Shown here piece by piece: positions 59,119 to 64,000 of a DNA stretch of 64,000 nucleotides. Location of the stretch: the NCBI GenBank assembly GCA_002633005.1, contig NMRA01000180.1, positions 216,405 to 280,404 of the forward strand. The letters are read 5' to 3'. The notes under the pieces are model-generated. The model did no database searches, was not told the origin of the DNA, and was given only the letters and a program-made list of their open reading frames with translations. Positions within the stretch are counted from its first letter, which is position 1, and every line of letters begins with the position of its first letter. The position numbers and the translations under genes were made by a program. The DNA is from Phoronis australis. Taxonomy: Eukaryota > Animalia > Phoronida.

Positions 59119-61265
59119 GCGTCTGACAGGTGAGGATGGTAGACTATGCGTGATGGCCCTGTGCAGCACGTTTCTCTGTAGCACACAAAAGGTGATTTTT
59201 GGCTTTTGGCTTTTGGCTTTTGTTTGCTTTTTTGTATGCTCTCGAGCAGGCTGCGGATTGTGCCTTTTGGCTTCGAGTTATAGACAGATTTTCTGACATG
59301 TATCCAAAAATTTTATAGTTACCTATATAATATCTTTGATGTAGCCTTGGTTTGATTTCGTGGGCTAACACAGACATCCGGGCATTGATTTTAGCCAAAA
59401 GTCAGAAGCCAATAGACTCTTCGACAAACATCCCTCAGGGAATGAGAAAAATCCTGTTAGTGGAATGCCTTTGAGGTGCGTGTGAGGGCCGGAGAGGATT
59501 GTTTCCTGCTATCCAAAAGTTAATGTACTATTACAAAGTGCACCTCAATGTCTTGAATGTATTTCGATGTTTGGGTAGGCACTTGAATATGACGTAACCC
59601 ATTGTAATATTCGTTTGCTTTAAGTCTGGGTTGTGTTGTGGTTGAATTGTTATTGTATTTGTATGTTTCATAGCCATAATTCCGTGCTTGTCATAATTCC
59701 TTTATTGCATGTTTACATAAGAAGTTCGTTAGCCGTACGACACATGCAGTGTATGGCTTGGAAGCAGATTGTGAAATTTCAACTTGAAACATTAGAAATG
59801 TTGCCTCAGCTGTGTCAAGTTTTCTGTGAATGGAATTTTTTTATATAAGAAGTGTTTTGCTATATTTCAACATAGCTATCTGATTCAGATATACCGCATT
59901 TAGGCGCATGTGTCATTGTACGAACTTAGCTCTGTATCCGAATAAAATCATTTCGAAATATACATGAAAGGACTAAATAAACTGAAACCGAGAAGCACGT
60001 TTTTAAAATTGCATGCGAGTGAACGTTGGCATGTCCGTAACAAAACGGTAGATATTGACGCGTTACCAATTTAAGATTAACTTTATAACTGAAAAAATAA
60101 ATGCATAATTTTTATGTCACTAACGGACATTTTCACCGGTTTCACTAAACAATCGAAAAGAACTAAGAATTTTCAAAGGACACTCAAGTAACAATACTTT
60201 AAGACAAACGCAATTTCAAGGAACGTGTCCTTAATAGGAGTAACAAATATTTTAAAAAGTTGTATTGTTATATGATGTTGCCTTGCTCTTTTTGATGACT
60301 GCGATTGTTCATTTTGAAACTGGTGTATCGAGTTGAACAACCAACTAGTATTATTTCTAATAAATTTATTAGTTTTTGTCCGCGGTTTTTGATAGTATCA
60401 TTTCGACAAAAGCTAATGAAAAGTGGTGTACGCATACACCACAGGTATATGAATGCAGGTACGTTTAATTGCCGTAGCCAATATTCAAGTGTAATGATAA
60501 CCGGTCTTAGTCTGTGATCACGTAGCATTCAATCAAGTATTAACTATGTCCAGATGGGGTTCGAGGTCAAATTAATACGATTTTAAATTGTCGCAGAATT
60601 TTACCTAAGAATTACTTTAAGCATTTGATTGGATTTGCTATAAGTCCTTAACATAAGGGAGAACAGGTTCACAGATGTTTTTGACAGTCAACTTCATTGG
60701 TTTGTTCACCCTGTACACATGTAACTATAGAGGAAAACGTACATCGGCAATTGTACGCTGTGGAAAGAATTCGCGCCTCTCTCATTGTATCAGTTAATAA
60801 AAGAAAATGGGTTTATAATAAGAATGCGCGGGAAACATCATTGAATATTAATTACGTAATATACATTTCATGACATATGAAATACTTAAATTTCAGAAAA
60901 GTAATCATGTAAAATTCGGGGATTATCTCCGAGCCAAGGGACTAATCTCTGCGTACTTGAATGTCGCCTCGAAAATTGATCGCCAGTGCACGCTTTTCGA
61001 GTAAACTTACCACTTGCATTCGAATTTTGGGACATGATCATCGGCGAGAAAAGTGATTTTCTGAAACCAGTTCCTGAGCGAATTCGAACCGGGATGCCGC
61101 GTCAAATTCAAAGCCACACGCTCATATCAGCTCTTGCTGTCGATAACTGACTATTTGAAGCATAGTTAACATGAAGTCACAGGCCTTGATTTTAGCGAGT
61201 GTCGGACATCGTCCGTTTGTAACAAAATCACAAAACACAACTGATTTTAATGTTTTACAGTTCTG

Positions 61266-61515
61266 CGGCCCTTTCCAAGAAACTGACTTAAGTTTATTTT
61301 TTACTTAAGTCTAAGCTTTGTCTTAACTTCCAAACTTTGAAACTTCCACATCCGGTAAGATAGTCAAAATTAAGACAAAACTTAAGCCAAAAATTTTTGT
61401 CAAACTTAAAGATCTCTTTCTTGAAATGGTCTTGAGACACATTTAAGTTTTATCTTAAAAATATTAAAATTTAAGATTTGTCTTAGCTAACTCAAATTGT
61501 GTTGGAACGGGCCCC
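61266..61515 (-). mobile_element. PIF/Harbinger-like MITE (copy 3)
   Basis: ggccctttccaagaaactgactta ... ttggaacgggcccc; reverse complement of 9472-9720. Confidence 0.85.
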
Positions 61516-61899
61516 TGATCAAAGTTGCTGACAACTTCAAGAAGTCTATTCCATCCAACAATTATCCCCAAACTTGTTTTTTCGGTCGTGAAAACGATGA
61601 TGTCCTTTAAAAGGGAATCCGAGGCTGCCAGTTGAATTCGGAGATTAAACCCCAGACTTTTACGTGGTGCGGGTCTCGGCAGCTCCTGTTTCAATGCCTG
61701 CTCTTGGATCAGAGTGAATGAGGCGGATATTCTCTGTGCACGGAATATTTGCTTAGTTGATTGCTTCGTTAAAAACACGACTAGACTTTTTGTTTGCAAG
61801 CTTGATACTGGTACGCTCGTAGTTTCGGAACGGTCCCCTTTCTACAGCTGTGCAGGTATGAAGTAAAACACCGAGAAACATAACAAACAAATTAAAACA

Positions 61900-62260
61900 C
61901 TAGTTATATTTCGAGACTGCATGTCTCATCATCAGGCACTGACTGGAATTAACATATACATAGCGAAATAAACAGACAGTGAAATACACGTGACAGCGGC
62001 AAGAGGGGCATACAAGAAGAGAGTGTGAATGTCACAGACGAGGAAGCCCACAATCCTATCGAAACAGAGCCAGCGTGCGGTACACACCTGTGAGCTGCTC
62101 ATTCAACACAGTCAGGCTTTTTGTGACTGATCGTTAGCGGTTCCAAAATCTTTAGCCGCAATCTGTCATTTTCAACATAGCGAATGGTGTTACTGTCTAC
62201 TATTTCTTGCTTAGTCCTTTTTCGGTCATGTCGGTGTACAAAATGATCTTAAATGGACCN
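61900..62260 (-). mobile_element. Penelope-like retroelement 3' end (GIY-YIG C-terminus plus 3' UTR)
   Basis: SI*DHFVHRHDRKRTKQEIVDSNTIRYVENDRLRLKILEPLTISHKKP/LNEQLTGVYRTLALFR* (stop at 62056) fits PLE RL.I.E.L.I...KP.LN.Q; a hammerhead core follows. Confidence 0.75.
61909..61942 (-). ncRNA. Hammerhead ribozyme core in the PLE 3' UTR (probably incomplete)
   Basis: CTGATGA T GAGAC-ATGCA-GTCTC GAAA TATA: both conserved boxes and a perfect stem II; the 3' strand of stem I is not evident. Confidence 0.7.
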
Positions 62261-62447
62261 CTGAAGTTCATTTTTTTACTTAAGTCAAAGATTTGTCTCA
62301 ACTTCCAAACTTTGAAACTTTGACATCCGCCGGTAAGATATTCAAAACTTAAGTCAAGCTTAACTTCCTTGAAACAGGCTTTTTATCTTAAATTGGCTCA
62401 AATTTAAGATTTGTCTTAACTATGTCAGTTTTCTTGGAACGTGTCCC
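62261..62447 (-). mobile_element. PIF/Harbinger-like MITE (copy 4, truncated)
   Basis: acttaagtcaaagatttgtctcaacttccaaactttgaaactt ... gtcagttttcttggaacgtgtccc. Confidence 0.8.
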
Positions 62448-63890
62448 TAATCTGCTTATGATTCAGTAAGAGTTGGTTTCGCAAGCCGGTAACTTACCGG
62501 GGATATTAAATATGACTGACATGTATTTATTTTTATTGCGGCAATGAGTTGTCGTTTACTATCGAGACAGGTTTGAACAAATTACACTTGAAAATGTAAA
62601 AAATTGAAATTAAGAACCTCACTGGAGTAATGCTTACAATTAGAAATGGATTTTAAAAATGTATCAATGTACCCGCGTCTAGTTTTAAGTGTTGGCTGGG
62701 TGCCGGCTTCATTCACGAAAATCTGCTGCTTTGTATCTAGTAATATTGATCACACGGTAAATCTTTCTGCGAACATTGAACTACTTTACGCGATAGAATT
62801 TGATAATCAGATAACAGGGTCAATGCGATTATCGAGCAGATTCACAGCGCTAATGGAAGACGCGCCGACGGTGACTCCGAGCTCAGGCTATCGCGATTCT
62901 TGACTGTGGTCATTCATTAGTCGACAAATATCTGCTTGTTATCGCTTTGAAGCAGACGTCTGCTTGATTCCGAGTTCACGAGTGGTACAAAAATGTTGCA
63001 TTAATGCTGCTATAAACAAACTTTCTGAAGTTTTGATTTAAGACCTTTCACCGCTATAAAACAGGCACACTCTGAGTAGCCTATCACTGTTCGACTGACC
63101 ATGACAGCCAGGTCAAGCCAACTTGTTGCGCCTGTTTTGAAATAGCTGTCACTTTTTGCAAACCCAAGAAATCAATTCTACTTTGAATAACAAAAAGCTG
63201 AAATTAGCTTCATAACTAAAAGCGGTCTAAATCAAATGATCTTTTTCTTTTCCACGGAAGGTGGTTTTTAACAGGTTTTTGCTTGAACTTCAAATTTTAT
63301 TTAATTTTTGTAGTAATTACGGTTATTCGTTCAAGCAAAAGTAATCTTATAAATTTCTGTTTGTCATGCCCAGTTAGTAGATCGATGCTTTTTTGACGTC
63401 ACAAGAGCAGGTTTTTGTATCCCGCTCTCCATACAGCGTAGACTTATATGGAAGCAATATTAAATGACCATTTTTTGCAACATTTTTGTCATATTAAATC
63501 AGTTTGATTAATACAACTGAGTCTCTAGTATCCTTCGAATCGAGATATGCACTTTTTTATTCTCTCATTGCTTTTGAACATTAGCTTTGTGCACTCTTGG
63601 ACAGCACACCACCGTGTGGCGCTGCGTGTAAAACGTAAAAATGCAGCCGGGCTGTAGTTGAGTGCCGATAAGCAATGGGACACTTTTAGGATGCAATGAG
63701 AGCTGATCTGGTGGGACCTGTGACACTAATGCCACAACACTGCACCGGGGGGTACTTCGTCAAAGCAGGTGGCATATCAGTGGGAACATGTTTGGCTTCG
63801 TGTCTACGCCATTATACAGTGTATGTGATCAGACATGATGCCGGCGCTAATAAAACAAAAGTGAATTTGTCTCCTCGTCCTCTCTAAGCC

Positions 63891-64000
63891 CACTAGTATC
63901 CACTTCCACGTGAACAGTGGCGACTGTTCACGTGGCGACTGTTCACGTGGCGACTGTTCACGTAGCGAATGTTCACGTGGCGACTGTTCACTAGTATCCA
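63891..64000. repeat. 15-bp tandem repeat (five copies) with hairpin, bracketed by cactagtatcca
   Basis: gtggcgactgttcac x5; perfect 12-bp inverted repeat cacgtgaacagt-ggcg-actgttcacgtg at 63907-63934. Confidence 0.9.

Overview
Eukaryotic, AT-rich, intron-containing scaffold with N gaps; the repeat content suggests a marine invertebrate bilaterian (inference). Supported genes: two exons of a Rho GDP-dissociation inhibitor on the - strand (3' end apparently runs off the left edge), PGS1 on the - strand (two coding exons, about 473 aa), BFAR on the + strand (seven coding exons, 445 aa) head-to-head with PGS1, an intron-containing tRNA-Leu(CAA), and the last exon of an unrecognised single-pass membrane protein near 51.4-52.1 kb. 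The rest is mostly decayed mobile DNA: a pearl/DINE-1 (Helentron-associated) element carrying five CTCF-like motifs, two TTAA-flanked Kolobok-type elements (one with a THAP start), two Penelope-like GIY-YIG fragments (one followed by a hammerhead core), LINE 3' ends, several MITE families and minisatellites. The best candidates for a second look are a tRNA-head plus hammerhead element, a phase-compatible spliced ORF overlapping the PGS1 start, a possibly headless RhoGDI with a GC-AG intron, and the CTCF-motif array. I found no clearly new multi-gene system. All family assignments come from motif recognition by eye, not database searches.
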